Assembly (NCBI GenBank): GCA_025603075.1
Contig: MU626262.1
Span: 62,001 to 126,000 of the forward strand
DNA: 64,000 bases
Direction: 5' to 3'
Source: Neoconidiobolus thromboides FSU 785
Taxonomy: Eukaryota > Fungi > Entomophthoromycota
Under the pieces are notes generated by a model that worked only from the letters and a program-made list of their open reading frames with translations, did no database searches and was not told the DNA's origin. A program made the position numbers and the translations under genes. Shown piece after piece: positions 38,487 through 51,476 of this stretch (within the stretch, counting starts at the first letter, position 1; every line of letters starts with the position of its first letter).

Positions 38487-39075
38487 GATGATGAGGAATA
38501 ATTTTATTATTAATAAATTTCTAACTTTTGCTTTTTTTCTATTATTTAATCTTCAATTTAATCTTTTAGTAACTGATGCTATAAAATGAGTTTGGTTTAC
38601 AAGAATTGTATTAAATAATATTACGTGATACAAGTATTAGCTTGATATTGCTTTATAAGCGCAAATAAAAAACATCAATGATCAAATTAATGACATAAAC
38701 ATAGTTTTACAAATTTTAATAAATTCTATTTTAGTTAGTATTATTTCATAAAATAGTATATTAACTCCATTAATTTAAAATATGTTATCTTTGAAACATA
38801 CATTGATTAATTTTACTAAATAGTCGCATTTAATATTCGATATTCGGCCAATAAAATATACTTTATAGTTTTAAAGTGCCTAGCATTTTAAAACTAATTG
38901 GACTACAATAAGCCTTTTTTCACCCCTATTTTAATGACTAACTTCCACTAATTTTCCATTATCCAATTAAACTAAGCGATAAGCTAAGTTCATTTTATGA
39001 ATATGAAAATCAAAGATTTCAAAAAATAAATAAAAATAAAAAATTAACAAGGTTTGATCTTTTTTAATAAACAAA

Positions 39076-40518
39076 ATGTATTTAGGTAATAAGTTTTATA
39101 TAAATATAATGGTAATAATACTAATTCATATTTTAGTAAAAAAGAGTTCAAGTTTATCAGGTTTTTTAACAAAGCCTCCATCAAGATGGAACCATTGCAA
39201 TAAATATATGAGGCTTAATCAATTCTCTACTTGTTCAAAATTAAGCTATAATGAGCACGGATTTTATATTAACCAAGTTTTAGATACTTATACAGGAAAG
39301 GAGATTAAGAAACTAACCTTAAGGCAACTTATATTTTTTGGAAGGAACTTAAATGAAGAGCGTCTATTAACTTCAGCTAATTATGTAAGAACGGAACTAC
39401 CAGTACGTATAGCACATCGCATCAAAGATTTTCAAAACCTACCATTTAAAGTAGGTATCAATCCATATATCCAAGAAGCATATCAACTTTATTGGGAAGC
39501 CTTTGATCAATTAAAAAAGATAAGAAATATTGATACTTTAGATAAAAATATAGAGTTTTGTAAAATTTTAAATGGTTTACTTAAAGAGCACTTAGTTGTT
39601 ATTTCAAAATTATCTCTTGGTATGGCTGAATGTTCTCCGTATTTACCTCCTGAGCGTATCGATGGCTTTATGCATAAAGCTTTGACTTCTAGAATTGCTA
39701 GACGTGTGGTTGCTGAGCAACATATTGCCTTAACAAGTCAGTTTCAAAAAGAATTAATTGATAACTCTAAAGTAGGTATTGTTTCTATAAATTGTGATTC
39801 TTTATCTACTATAAAAAAATGCTCTAAATTGGCATTGAAAAATGTTGTTGATTCTTTTACTTGCTCAAGTGGAGGCAAAGTGCTACCTAAGGAAGTTATA
39901 CCACAGCTTATTATAAACAACGAAACAAAAGCTGGGTTTCCATTTGTACAAGACCATATAGAATATGTATTGTTTGAAGTATTAAAAAATGCATATAAAG
40001 CAACTATTAGCCATGCTTTATCTACACCAGATAGCTCTTATAGGGCACCACCAATTCAAGTAGCTATTGCAGAGGGATCAGAAGAAGTTGCCATAAGAAT
40101 ATCGGATTTAGGAGGCGGCATTCCCTTGAATTACCTTTCATCTTTGTTTTCATTTTCAAGATGTGATCAAGAGAGAAGAAATGCGCTTGGAGAGTTCCCT
40201 AAATTGACGGCTAAAGTGGATATGGATTTACCAATCACACATAAATTAAATAAAGAAGAACTTCAACAAAATAATTTAGCAACTCAATTTTCAAAGACAT
40301 GTTTCAGTAAGCTAGGAATGGGGTTACCAGTATCGCGCATCACTATGCAATATTGGGGTGGAAATTTAAACATTAATACTTTGCCAGGGTTGGGTACTGA
40401 TGTTTATTTAAGGTTTCCTAATTCAAGAATTGGTGCCAAAGAGCACCTTGCTTTTGATCCCCCTATGTTAGATCAACATTATCCTACCCAAACTCTTGCT
40501 GCCGCCGTTGCAAAATGA
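39076..40518 (+). CDS. Mitochondrial alpha-ketoacid dehydrogenase kinase (PDK/BCKDK family)
   Basis: ELPVRIAHRIKDFQNLPF, SRIARRVVAEQH, FEVLKNAYKA (N box), IRISDLGGGI (G1), LGMGLPVSR, PGLGTDVYL. A short 5' intron is possible. Confidence 0.9.
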   Translation: MYLGNKFYINIMVIILIHILVKKSSSLSGFLTKPPSRWNHCNKYMRLNQFSTCSKLSYNEHGFYINQVLDTYTGKEIKKLTLRQLIFFGRNLNEERLLTSANYVRTELPVRIAHRIKDFQNLPFKVGINPYIQEAYQLYWEAFDQLKKIRNIDTLDKNIEFCKILNGLLKEHLVVISKLSLGMAECSPYLPPERIDGFMHKALTSRIARRVVAEQHIALTSQFQKELIDNSKVGIVSINCDSLSTIKKCSKLALKNVVDSFTCSSGGKVLPKEVIPQLIINNETKAGFPFVQDHIEYVLFEVLKNAYKATISHALSTPDSSYRAPPIQVAIAEGSEEVAIRISDLGGGIPLNYLSSLFSFSRCDQERRNALGEFPKLTAKVDMDLPITHKLNKEELQQNNLATQFSKTCFSKLGMGLPVSRITMQYWGGNLNINTLPGLGTDVYLRFPNSRIGAKEHLAFDPPMLDQHYPTQTLAAAVAK

Positions 40519-41012
40519 TTTTATTCCCAGAACCATTATTTAATATTTTTAATTTAAGTCTCTTTCTATTAATTCGTTTTAAAATATATATAAAGTAGTT
40601 TTTTGTATTTTTAATATTTTAATTTTAATTTTTTTACATTATTTAAAAACTATTAATGAATTATATCTTTTTATAATCTTAAAAGACGAGGCCTTAGATG
40701 TTTGTTGAGTCGTTGAGGCATATGTTTTGTTTTCTCTTTTTTCTATTTTTTTAAAGGCTATTTATTTAGAGATTGTTACAACTTTCAAGAATAGATGGTT
40801 GTAACTATGGTAATTTCCTTTTTGTTTAAGGATATAGTTAATAAATTGCTTGTCTTTTTAATGCAGAAAAATGGACAATAAACGAAACCAAAAAAGATAT
40901 ACCTACCTGTGCCATAAAATTGATCATAATACAATCAAAATATAGCTACTTTCATAAAATTTGAAATAGAAATAAAAATAGTAATTGCTGAATAACTTAA
41001 AAGATTTTTAAT

Positions 41013-41570
41013 TTAACCAAAACGAGTACCGAAAACATTGTTAGGGTCATTACGATCACCTGAGAAGGTAGTGACTTCATTGGAGTTATTGAATTTAACG
41101 TTATGAGAGTGGAGATAAGCACCAGTACCTTCATGACGTAAAACAAAACGATCATTGGCGTGCCAGTCACCACCGGAACCGTCTTGTTTTTCGACAATCC
41201 AGTTATCGTTATTATCAGAAGCGTTATCATTACCGAAGCAAGAAACTTCATTTTGACCTGAAGATGGGGAACGTACGTTATGAGAATGTAACCACTTGAA
41301 GGTAGCCATGTGGTAGATACGTACTTTTGAACCATAAGGTATACGATTACCGTGTGGGATATCTTGGCCGTAAGGGGTAACTACTTGCCACCAATCTTCA
41401 TGTTCAGCATTTTGAGAAGCAGCATGAACAATTTGTTGGCTGGAACCACCTTGGTAGTTTTGGGATGAGGAACGAATATAATAACCAGTTTCTAAATGGC
41501 GTAAGCAGATTTTAGAGCCGATATGGACGTTATGGTCGTCACCAATGTGATTAAAAACTGGGAAAGGCAT
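41013..41570 (-). CDS. Stand-alone MIR-domain (beta-trefoil) protein, SDF2-like, without signal peptide
   Basis: Three MIR repeats: IGSKICLRHLETGYYI, YGSKVRIYHMATFKWLHSHNVRSPSSGQNEVSCFG, FVLRHEGTGAYLHSH. Codon bias is strong. Confidence 0.85.
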   Translation of the reverse strand: MPFPVFNHIGDDHNVHIGSKICLRHLETGYYIRSSSQNYQGGSSQQIVHAASQNAEHEDWWQVVTPYGQDIPHGNRIPYGSKVRIYHMATFKWLHSHNVRSPSSGQNEVSCFGNDNASDNNDNWIVEKQDGSGGDWHANDRFVLRHEGTGAYLHSHNVKFNNSNEVTTFSGDRNDPNNVFGTRFG

Positions 41571-42633
41571 GTTTGATAGAAATAATAATAAAAAATAATA
41601 AAATGTACGGAGCTTTTACCTTTTTATATTGCTTTTGGGTAGTATTACTAGGATAGATTTGATGACATTTCATTAAGTATGATTGGTTCCTATTGTTATA
41701 ACTATTTATTTCCTTGTTATTTATTAATGATTGGAATCTATGACGTAGCCTAAGTTTGACTTAATATCCTCTATTTATTCTTACTTAAATCATAAGCCAC
41801 TAATTATTTTTGGCCTTATTCTTGGGCAAATTCTTTTTATTAACAAAGTGACTTTTTCATTAATATAATAAAGTATTTGATAATCAATGAACACTGGTAA
41901 CATATAATATATAATATATCATAATAAAATAATAATATTATAACTAGTTTTGTTTTTTATTTAGTTTTTTAGTTTTAGTTTTTTATTTAGTTTCTTGTTT
42001 AGTTTTAGTTTTATTTTTCTATTAGCTAATGCAATTTAAGTGGGATTTATGTTTCAGACAATTCTTAAGTGTGAGTGTTTGATGCTAAATTGTTTAATTT
42101 TACTGAATTGCATTCTTCAGTTTAATTAAACAGCAGTAGTTATTTGGTTCAAACAAATATAGCAGATAGTAAAACTGTACAATAAACTAATAAAATAATA
42201 TAGTGTTTTAACGAAAGGATTCAAACTATTTATCATTACTTTTAAATTAAAAGCTATGATTTTAAATTTTATTTTATTTTATTTTATTTTTATTTTATTT
42301 TTATTTTTACTAAAAATAATAAAATGACAAATTTATAAAGCTAATTTATTTCATTTAATACTGATTGACTATTATTTATCACTCATGTTTTTGACAAAAT
42401 ATCGTTAACACTAGAATGATTTTAGTTTATCTATGGCTTTTTTGATCTATTGTATTTACTTTTTATTTAATAATAATATTTTTATTATTTCTAAATTTTA
42501 ATAAAAATCCCAAATTTTTTAAATGAACCTAACATCAGAACTGCAATTAATGCTAGCCAATCAAACCCAATCATTAGGTTTTTATAGATGAGATAAGATA
42601 AATGAATATTTGACAAACTACGATATTTTAAAG

Positions 42634-42963
42634 ATGGGTTACACATTACCAAAATTAACACATACTCAATATATACAACGTCTTTATAAGCGCTCCCTTA
42701 AATTAGCTTTAGATTGGCATGTTACCCGTGATGTATGGCGTAAGGAAGCATTAAACATCCGTTCTCGCTTTGAAGCTAATCGTGGAGTAAGTGCTCCTAA
42801 AGACATTCGTGCTTTGATCCAAAAAACAGAAGCTGAATTAGAAGAACGCTCTCATCCCGATCCTCATATTTGGATTACTGCCCCAGAAGGCACTAAATGG
42901 GAAAGATTTGGGGTACAAAAGCCTATTGTAAGTTTTAATGGTTGTAATTATATAAATTATTAA
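42634..42963 (+). CDS. NDUFB9: Complex I LYR-family subunit NDUFB9 (B22); 3' end possibly spliced at GTAAGT 42928
   Basis: RLYKRSLKLALDW...WRKEALNIRSRFEANR...E..HPDP...PEGTKWER. Confidence 0.85.
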   Translation: MGYTLPKLTHTQYIQRLYKRSLKLALDWHVTRDVWRKEALNIRSRFEANRGVSAPKDIRALIQKTEAELEERSHPDPHIWITAPEGTKWERFGVQKPIVSFNGCNYINY

Positions 42964-43596
42964 TAGTGTTTTTTAGTTTTTTAAGAGTACTTATAAAGAG
43001 GAATAAATTTACTAAAGAATTTGTTAAATTACTATTATAGATTTTAGTTACTGGTAAATAGTTCGATTTATATTAATTTTAAAATGAATTTTCTATTTTA
43101 CTAACTTTATAGGGTTAATTTAGGTCAATTTATTTTTAAAGTTAAATCTCAATGTTTTGCCAATATTTTTTCTAATTAAATCTATATAATATGCTAATTA
43201 ATTATAAAGGAAAGTATTTAGGAACAAAAACTATGTTAGATGTAAATGTGATTTAAATTAAAGATTGGTCAGAGTCAAAGACATTAAAGTGGGAATAGAA
43301 GGGAAATTAATTTAGGACTAGAATTCTGAAATAAAGATGATAAAGATGAGTACTAAGTACTAAGATTTGTTATTATGGAAATGGGTATAGTATACAATCG
43401 TGTTAAAAAACGAGTCAGTATAAATTAATCTAGAAAGAATTGTTAATTTCATTTGTATTTTTTGTGTTAGAATAAATAAATTGAAAGCTATATGTTTAAA
43501 TATTAAATATTTTAAAATAATAAAAAGCACACATTTTATAAAGGCTTTGATATGTTGTATCAAAAAAGCTAGACTAAAATTAATTATTTATTTATA

Positions 43597-44520
43597 TTAA
43601 AACATATTCCAATCGATAAATTCCTTATAGGCAGATATCCTAGTAAATAAACCAGGTACTCCTTTTTTACCGCATTCTCTACCAAAGGAAGTAATTCCAT
43701 AAAGAACTGGTGAATTGTTCTCATCATAGCCTATCAAGGGACCTCCACTGTCTCCCTTACATGCATCTAATAATATTAGCATCATTTAAATAGACTAAAT
43801 AGCATATAGCTTACCTTGTGATTTTTCTTTAGATCCACCAGCACAAAGCATGATTGAAGATTGAAAATCATTGTATATATTTTTGACCATTGACTCACAT
43901 TTTTTAGCTGTTACAAGTGGCAATTCAACCTGTATAAGCTTATCTGAAATTGAAAATTCATCCTTTGGATCAGTTCTGCCCCATCCCATCGCAAATAATT
44001 GAGTGCTATCCATGTTATCTATTTTATCCGTAGCAAAAGTAGGAAACTCTTTTACTTTTGTTTCTCTATCTAGCTTAAGGATAAGGAGGTCTGAATAAAT
44101 CATAGAAGGGGTATAAGCATAGTCAGTATGAAGGATTCTTCGAATAACTTTAAAGTCTTCACCCTGGTCTTTAGTTTTATTACTTATATTAGTATAGCCT
44201 ACTCGAACAATAACGTCTTGGGTACAAATTTCGTTTAAACTTAAACAATGACCAGCAGATAAAACAATATCAGAGGCTATTAATGTACCACCACAAAAGT
44301 GTTCCCTTTTAGAATTTGAAATTGAAACCATCCAAGGAAACTTGTTTTTGGTAACTTCAATACCACCAATAATTCTAGCATCGTCTTGCTTTAATGATTT
44401 ATCTGAGAGCCCATTGTTGGTGGTCATGTTATAACTTGGTTCCAGCTTTGGCTTTGCAATCTTAGCCTGTAATAAATTGCATAACGCTAAAAGCCCGATT
44501 GTAGCACTGCTAACTTTCAT
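43597..44520 (-). CDS. Secreted trypsin-like serine protease (S1A); join(44520..43815,43766..43597)
   Basis: Signal peptide, R-IIGG activation site, CGGTLI, SAGHC, DLLILKL. The 48-nt intron joins Q-DACKGDSGGP with Asp at the S1 pocket. Confidence 0.93.
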
Positions 44521-45574
44521 TTTAAATAAACTACAAAGATTTGATTAACTAACTCATGGATTTAATAATAAATTGAAGAACATTCGAGGAGGAATTGTAT
44601 TTTCCAAATATGTTAATATTCGTAAGCTAATGTGGTTCAAAATAAGTTAATGTGGTTCAAAATAAAGTTAACTTTATAAGTCAGCTATAAACTATTTTTA
44701 AAATTTACACAATATATATACTGATCTTTCATCTATATTATTGTCCCTAGGTCCAATTATAGAAACAACTCTCATAGAATTGAAATAGCACTTAGAAAAT
44801 TAGCATGATATTATATAAGGATGACATGTAAATCTTGAGTGAATATTCTTATTGAGAACTTAACTTTGATTTTTATAAAATTTAATATCTTTTGTTAAAA
44901 TCTATTTTGTTAGTAATATTCGTTTTTTACATTAAGTTTGTATAGCTTGAACATATTTAATATAATATTCAAAGGCTCAAAAACTTTTAGGTCACATATT
45001 TAGTATTAAAAATGACGAATATTAAGAAATATTTTTTATTTATCTTGAAAAAAGTTGATATATTCTAACATATTTTTTATATTATAAATACATTAATTAC
45101 ATATTATAATAATACTATTAAGATAGACCACTGAATTTCAATTATCCGATGTGTTAATTAAATAAAAATAAGATGGAGATGTTATTTATAATCAAGATCA
45201 TACTTTTGACTTGTGCTATTATGTTTTAGCTGACTGTTAATCCTTTTTAAATTTAGTGTTTAAATAAAATGAGCAATTTCATTAATACTATTAAAATACA
45301 AGTTAAAATAGCTTGTACAAGGAAATTTCAAAACCATCTCTTTTTTATGTTTATAGAATTTTTCACAATTAGTCGATTTATCTCCTTAATAAGGAACATT
45401 ATTTTATGCCTAACAATATAAATTTTTAAAAATTTATTAGCGGTTTATTCTAAAAATCAAAGGAAATTTTTAATATTTAAAGGGTTATTTTAAATTCGTA
45501 TAATTGAAAGCACTTTTAAGAAATCCAGATTGGAGAAGTGATAATTTGGTGTTAATTATAGTTAAATAGTCATA

Positions 45575-46313
45575 CTAAAAAGCTGAATCTGGGAAGCTGT
45601 TAAAAATTTCTACATTTTTTGGCAAAGAAGGATCCTTCTTTAAGCTAGTAATAGGATCATGCGTTTTAGATAGGATTAGTATCAACCTTGACATGGACAT
45701 CCTTAGTCCCCTGATTACATCCATTTCGCTATCCACATGTATATGGGGCTCAATGTGTCGTACGATATGTGATCTACCAATAGTTGTTTCACAAAAGATA
45801 ACCTTTCTTACATCCAAACCGTGTTTTTTTGACAATTCTGAGTTATAAATAAGTTCTTCTATTTGTTTTTGTTCTTTTTTTGATCCTACAGTCCCAATTA
45901 AGTATAATTCATATTGTTCACATAGCTTTTGCAATATTGGGACAATTGATTCAACAAAAGCGTAATTAGGAACAGATGGATCTTTTGATGGGTTCCAAAG
46001 CACAATCTGTAAATAATGTTAAAACCAATTTTGTACTGTCGCTTTAATGTTTACCTTATCTAACGATATCGAAAGAACCTTCTTTTTGCGCGATCTTTTG
46101 GGTAATATAGCTTTTTTTGGTTTAAACTAAAGTAAATATTTTAGCACAATATAATTTCAATTCAATTATTATTCTTACAACTAAACCAAGCCAAGACGAA
46201 TGATACTTAAATTTGTAATACCATGCTAATATCGATAATGCAATAATAAATATTATTTGCGTTGGGTATTTTTTTATCAATTTTACAATTTGGTATTTTG
46301 AAAATGAAAACAT
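45575..46313 (-). CDS. PEX22: Peroxisomal membrane anchor PEX22-like (plant-type); join(46313..46179,46126..46055,46006..45575)
   Basis: N-terminal TM helix plus a basic stretch, then ELYLIGTV...GLDVRKVIFCETTIGRSHIVRHIEPHIHVD. This resembles plant PEX22 as recalled (DLYLMERV...GLVKDKVLFCSTEIGRTSFVRQLEPDWHID). Two canonical introns keep the frame (212 aa). Confidence 0.7.
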
Positions 46314-47592
46314 TAAAAATAAAAATTCGAGTAAATTGGTTTGTTTAAATATCAGGCTCTAACTTTAGTCATGAGGTTAAGTTAAAGGTACTTGATACTT
46401 TATTGGCTATAAAGGTTAAGGAGTTTACATGTGAAAAATTGTTTTCCTATTTTATTCAATTAACCAATAAGTCTAGCTTCTTTGATTTTTGTTTGCTTTT
46501 ATTTGCTTATTTTAAGCTCAATTTATTTGGCTATTTCACTAAACTTAGAAGTTTGCGTTAATTAAATATGCAGATCTTCTATTAACTTATGCCCAAACCG
46601 TTATGAGGCCAAAAAGCTTTTGAGTATTTAAAGGGATTCATTTCTTACACTTGATTTACGTAATTAAAAAATAGATAAAATAACTTTATTATAATATATT
46701 GGAATATGAGCTTAAACTTTTAAGATTTAAATCAATGTTTGGATATAATTAAAAATAATGATATAATTTAAGATCAAAGATAATATAAACTCAATAGCGC
46801 AATCATTCTATTTAGTGTTCTATTCTCGGACTATTGTGATCCATTTAATAAATGATTAACATGAAACTAAAAACTAGCATTAAAACTATTATTATTAACA
46901 CTTCATTTGTATTTTTATTTTATTGAAGTTTAGAGTCATAAAAGAAAATAAATTATTTTAAAACAACTTTTTAATAGTTTAAAATGACAATTGTTTTTAA
47001 TAATCAATAGTAAATAATAAATGTTTCTTTATTTTAATAATGATTGTATAGATATTGGCATAACTTACATATAATTCCCAAAACATACTTATTGAGGTAA
47101 TATATATTTTGCATAATACAATGCCTTGAGGTAAAAGCTTTGTTTTGAAATAATATATAGAATGAATTTTAAAAGTTTAGGATTATTTGATAGGCAATAA
47201 TGGAGTTATAAAATAAAATAATTTGTATTAAAATTAATAATATTAAATATTAGCTTTAGATCATATATTTGATATATCATATTTTTAAAGAACGATTTAC
47301 ATTTATAACAACTTTTCCAAAAACAGAAAGTTTGGCCCTTTATAATTGTTTATAATTTAGCTAAATAGTGCTACTAAAAAATAATAGCATAAAATATAAA
47401 CCCAAAATGGTTTTTGATATTATAGTAGTAAACACTCTTATCTCAATATAATATAAAAATTAGGTATATACTATGATAAATTCAAAATAAAAATAAAAAC
47501 AAATTAGAACTCGCTTTTAAACTCAATTAATAAAAAAAATCAAATTAACTTGGACACTAATTAATAATATAAAACCAATCTTATTAATGAAA

Positions 47593-49081
47593 TTATTGGG
47601 AACTTTGTTTTTCAATCGCACGCAATTTTTCATCATTTTCACGCGCTAATTTCAACTGCTCTTCACGATCACGTTCTAACTCTTTCTTTTCTTGATCAAG
47701 CTAAAAATCAATTAATATCAAGATACTGATGTTATTTTAATATAATTTACTCTTTCTCTTTCTAGTCTCATACGCTCTTGCTCCATACGTAAACGATCAG
47801 TATCAGTGAAGGCTTCAAAGCTAAAAAGATTAATCGATGTATTACGATATTTAATTATATTTACTCATCGTATTCTCCAGTACGTGATAATTTTTCAGTA
47901 CGATAACTTTCATATAAGCTGTCGTGAGTAATAAGTTTAAGATCAGTCATATGGGAGCTAGAAATGTATTAAAAAACTAAAAAATTCTATAAAAAATTTA
48001 CTTGAAAAGCATAAAGCGTAAGCGAGCAGTATCACAGAGATCAGGATCGTCAACTAGATAATAATAATTCAATATATTAAAACTATTTATAAATCATATT
48101 ACCATCAATTATACCCCAAGGGTATCTTCTAATTCTTTTAAAATCATTTTTTCCTTCTTGAATTTCCTCTTCATGGCTAATGACTGCAAAAGGTAACATA
48201 GACTAAAAATTTAATGACTGATAAATTTAAGAAAACAATGATACCTTTAATTCTTCATTTTCCTCAATAGTGTCTTCATCATCTTCTACTGGATCATATG
48301 GAAAATTATAAATTGGAATATGATAATGATCAACATCTTCCATAATTTTTGCTTTGAATTCTTTAAGCTCCTGCTTAGTAAAAGAATCAGCTTTTGCAAT
48401 AATTGGGATTACATTGACACGAGGTCCTAACTTTTTCATCAATTCAACATCCAATTCTCTCAGTCCATGACCAGTAGGTGTGATAAAATAAAGTAAAGCA
48501 TGAATACGATTATCTTGGAAACGGGGATTACGCTTAATCCTTGTTTCTTCAGCTAAAATATTATCAAACTGCATTTCAATATGGTTTAATATTTTTTCAA
48601 AGCTATTTAAATTTAATATATATTTCTTTTTGTACAAATATCATTACCATTTTTGATTATCAATATTATCCCCAAATCCTGGTGTATCTGTGATAGTTAA
48701 ACTAATTCTCATACCATCTTCCTCAATTTCTAAATTCAAATTAAAGACTTTCCTTTTACAGTAAAATAAAGTTAATACCAACGTTATAGTTCTTGATTTC
48801 TAATTCAGGTACATTTGTATCCAAAGGTTTGCTATATATGGAGTAATCCCTCTCTGGTAAAACATTCTTATCACATAAAGTGTTTACAAAGCTTGATCTT
48901 CCACAACCCGAAGCACCTAATTTTTTAGTTATATTGGATATATAAAGGTAGCATCTTACCAACTAGCATAACACTAAAAGGTATTCCCTTTTTAGCGTTC
49001 TTCCAACGTCCACCAATTCTCTAAAATAATGTTATTAAATTGTTTGCTAAAAGTCAAGGTGCTATCTATTACGTGTGACAT
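47593..49081 (-). CDS. CDC11: Septin, Cdc11/AspA group (multi-exon)
   Basis: KKGIPFSVMLVGASGCGRSSFVNTLC, DTPGFGD, RIKRNPRFQDNRIHALLYFITPTGHGLRELD, AKAD, FPYDPVEDDEDT, LPFAV and a C-terminal coiled coil. Confidence 0.9.
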
Positions 49082-49732
49082 GAGTTTTTACTATCAAAGA
49101 CTTGAATTTATCTTAAGCCACTTTTTTGACAATTAATGGCCTATTTTAATAGCGTAATCTATAAGTATATTCCAAATTTTACCCAATCATAGTTCTTCTT
49201 CTTTGCGAAAGTCTTTTTGCATTCTTTAATTAAATATTTTGTTCCATATCAATATTTGAAAATTTGACTTCACAGTTAAAGAAGTTTTATCTGAATACAT
49301 ATAATAATAAGTAAGAAGATTTTAATTCGCATTTTATTTTATTAGTAAGATCATAAGATTTTTCTATATTATAAAAATTTTTACTAAAAAGTGAAAATAT
49401 ATTTAAATATATTTTTTAGCTAATTTTTTATAAATCCAAACTATTTCTAAAATGCATAAATCTATACAGTTGTTGCGGCTTTTGTGATTTTTCGAAATAA
49501 ATTTTATAAAGCATTTATATAACCCAATTTTTTTAAAGCCTGCTAATATTGTAACTGAACTATAACATAAATTTTTTACTTAAATGGAAAGTTAAATCTA
49601 AAGGATTGCAACAGTTGTGAATGAGTATGATTAGCATTAATTTTAAACAAATTGGCTATAAAAACAAAATTTAACTACTTAGCCATTAAAATAATTGTAT
49701 AAAGGTAAAGTAAAAATAAAAATTCATATAGA

Positions 49733-50722
49733 ATGTTAGCTAAAAACTTGATTTTATCTTTAAGCCTGTTAACGTGGGTAACAGGACAAGATGATTTCAA
49801 TATAGATAGAGAGGTAAAGAGTTTAAGTGAAAAATACAGCTATAGCAATTCGATATCGTTGAGAGCCATGTTGAGGAATAAACTCATAAAGAAAAAACAA
49901 TTAGCAACTAGTAGAGTAATAACTAAGCTAAGGACTAATACTATCAAAGAAGTAAAAGAAGGTGCGATCTTTGCCTCAGTAGCACCTTGCAATTGGGACT
50001 TATTAAAAAAATGGAAATGTAAAGCATGTTTAAAAGTTCCCAATAACGTTTTTGTAGATTATTTTCATAGCATCCCAACTGAAGCCTTTGCCCTACTTAT
50101 CAAAGATGAAAAAGAAGCCACTTTTAGATTAATATTCCGTGGTTCTACAACCCTAACGAATGAAATCCACAATAGAATTACTCTGCAAACCCCATTTAGT
50201 TCAAGTTCTTGGACAGTCAAAGTTCACACAGGTTTTAGATTAGGTATGGAGTCTATTTCAAAGGCCATAATTTCAAAATTGGGGGATCTATATAAACAAG
50301 AGCAATATAAAGATTATAATTTGAAAGTATATGGACATTCTTTAGGTGGCGCATTAGCTAGTTTAGCAATACTAAAAATCCAAGGTGAACTAGAATTAAA
50401 CGAAGATAAATTATATCTGTTTACTTATGGACAACCTAGAGTTGGGAACTATGCGTTTGTACGTTCTTTTAATGACCACAAATTTCATAGCTCAAGAGTT
50501 ACCAATTATTATGATGAAGTGGTTCATTTTCCATCTTATATTATGGAAGATTATGTACATTTTAATAATGAGATCTTTATCGATAAAGATAGTAGCGTAA
50601 TTCAATGTAATTCTTCCTACTTTGAGGATCCCAAATGCTCTCAAAAAGTTCCAATAACATACTTGATTAGAGACTCGCATGCCGATTACTTTATTGATTT
50701 TGCCCATAAAAGCACTTGCTAA
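49733..50722 (+). CDS. Secreted class-3 lipase, subfamily A
   Basis: 329 aa, signal peptide, FRGS, GHSLGG, TYGQPRVGN, DEVVHFP. Colinear with 8419..9408. Confidence 0.92.
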   Translation: MLAKNLILSLSLLTWVTGQDDFNIDREVKSLSEKYSYSNSISLRAMLRNKLIKKKQLATSRVITKLRTNTIKEVKEGAIFASVAPCNWDLLKKWKCKACLKVPNNVFVDYFHSIPTEAFALLIKDEKEATFRLIFRGSTTLTNEIHNRITLQTPFSSSSWTVKVHTGFRLGMESISKAIISKLGDLYKQEQYKDYNLKVYGHSLGGALASLAILKIQGELELNEDKLYLFTYGQPRVGNYAFVRSFNDHKFHSSRVTNYYDEVVHFPSYIMEDYVHFNNEIFIDKDSSVIQCNSSYFEDPKCSQKVPITYLIRDSHADYFIDFAHKSTC

Positions 50723-51251
50723 AATGAGGTTGATTTGTACTACAATAAAAATGAGTAAAAAGTTGATGTATGAATTTTAAAAGCGATATAATAATTATAA
50801 ATGTATTTAAAAATATTAAGTTATGTGTTAGAAACAATCTTGTAATTCTATTTCAACTTAATTTGTTGTTCACCGGGATCTGTAAAAAAGCATAGACCTA
50901 GATTTTGGAATCCCAGATACCAGTATAATAACCAAATTTACATATGTCTTACATTTATAAACGACAGATTGTATTAAATCACCAATCATAAAGTTATGAT
51001 ACTATCCAAGGGTTTGTGATAATTGGCCTAGAGATTATGGCTTTTGGATAGGAACATGTTAAATCTAATGTGATTCCCAAGGATTATATATTTTAAATTG
51101 TAGCTTTGATTTTGTAACTATAAATAAAAGTAAAAATACGTTGATTTAAAATAAAGAATAAAATTAAATATAATGTATTAAAAAGAAACAGGGTAAATAT
51201 GTTATAACACTTATTTTGTTTTTGAATTAAGTAAGAAAGTATAATCGATTA

Positions 51252-51356
51252 TATGGGGATGTATTTTTATATTTAAGAATTTTACTAACAATTTTTCCAC
51301 TCAAATAATGCTTAAAAGACACAAAAAGTGATGAAGCCAAAAGAAACATCCCCATA
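51252..51356 (-). mobile_element. MITE copy (reverse orientation)
   Basis: ATATGGGGATGTATTTTT...AAAAGAAACATCCCCATAT. Confidence 0.88.
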
Positions 51357-51476
51357 TTATAAATAAAATGAGAATGATCTTTGGTTTCACTATTTTAGCC
51401 ACTTTAAACAACACATAAAATGCTAAATACCAACAAAAGAATAAATAAATAATAGATTGAACCAATGTAATTATCA

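Noticed and set aside
42266-42310. (TTTTA)n tract and other short tandem repeats (e.g. 29360..29387, 41945..42020)
   Set aside because: Ordinary slippage repeats in very AT-rich DNA; there is no repeat-spacer structure, so not CRISPR.
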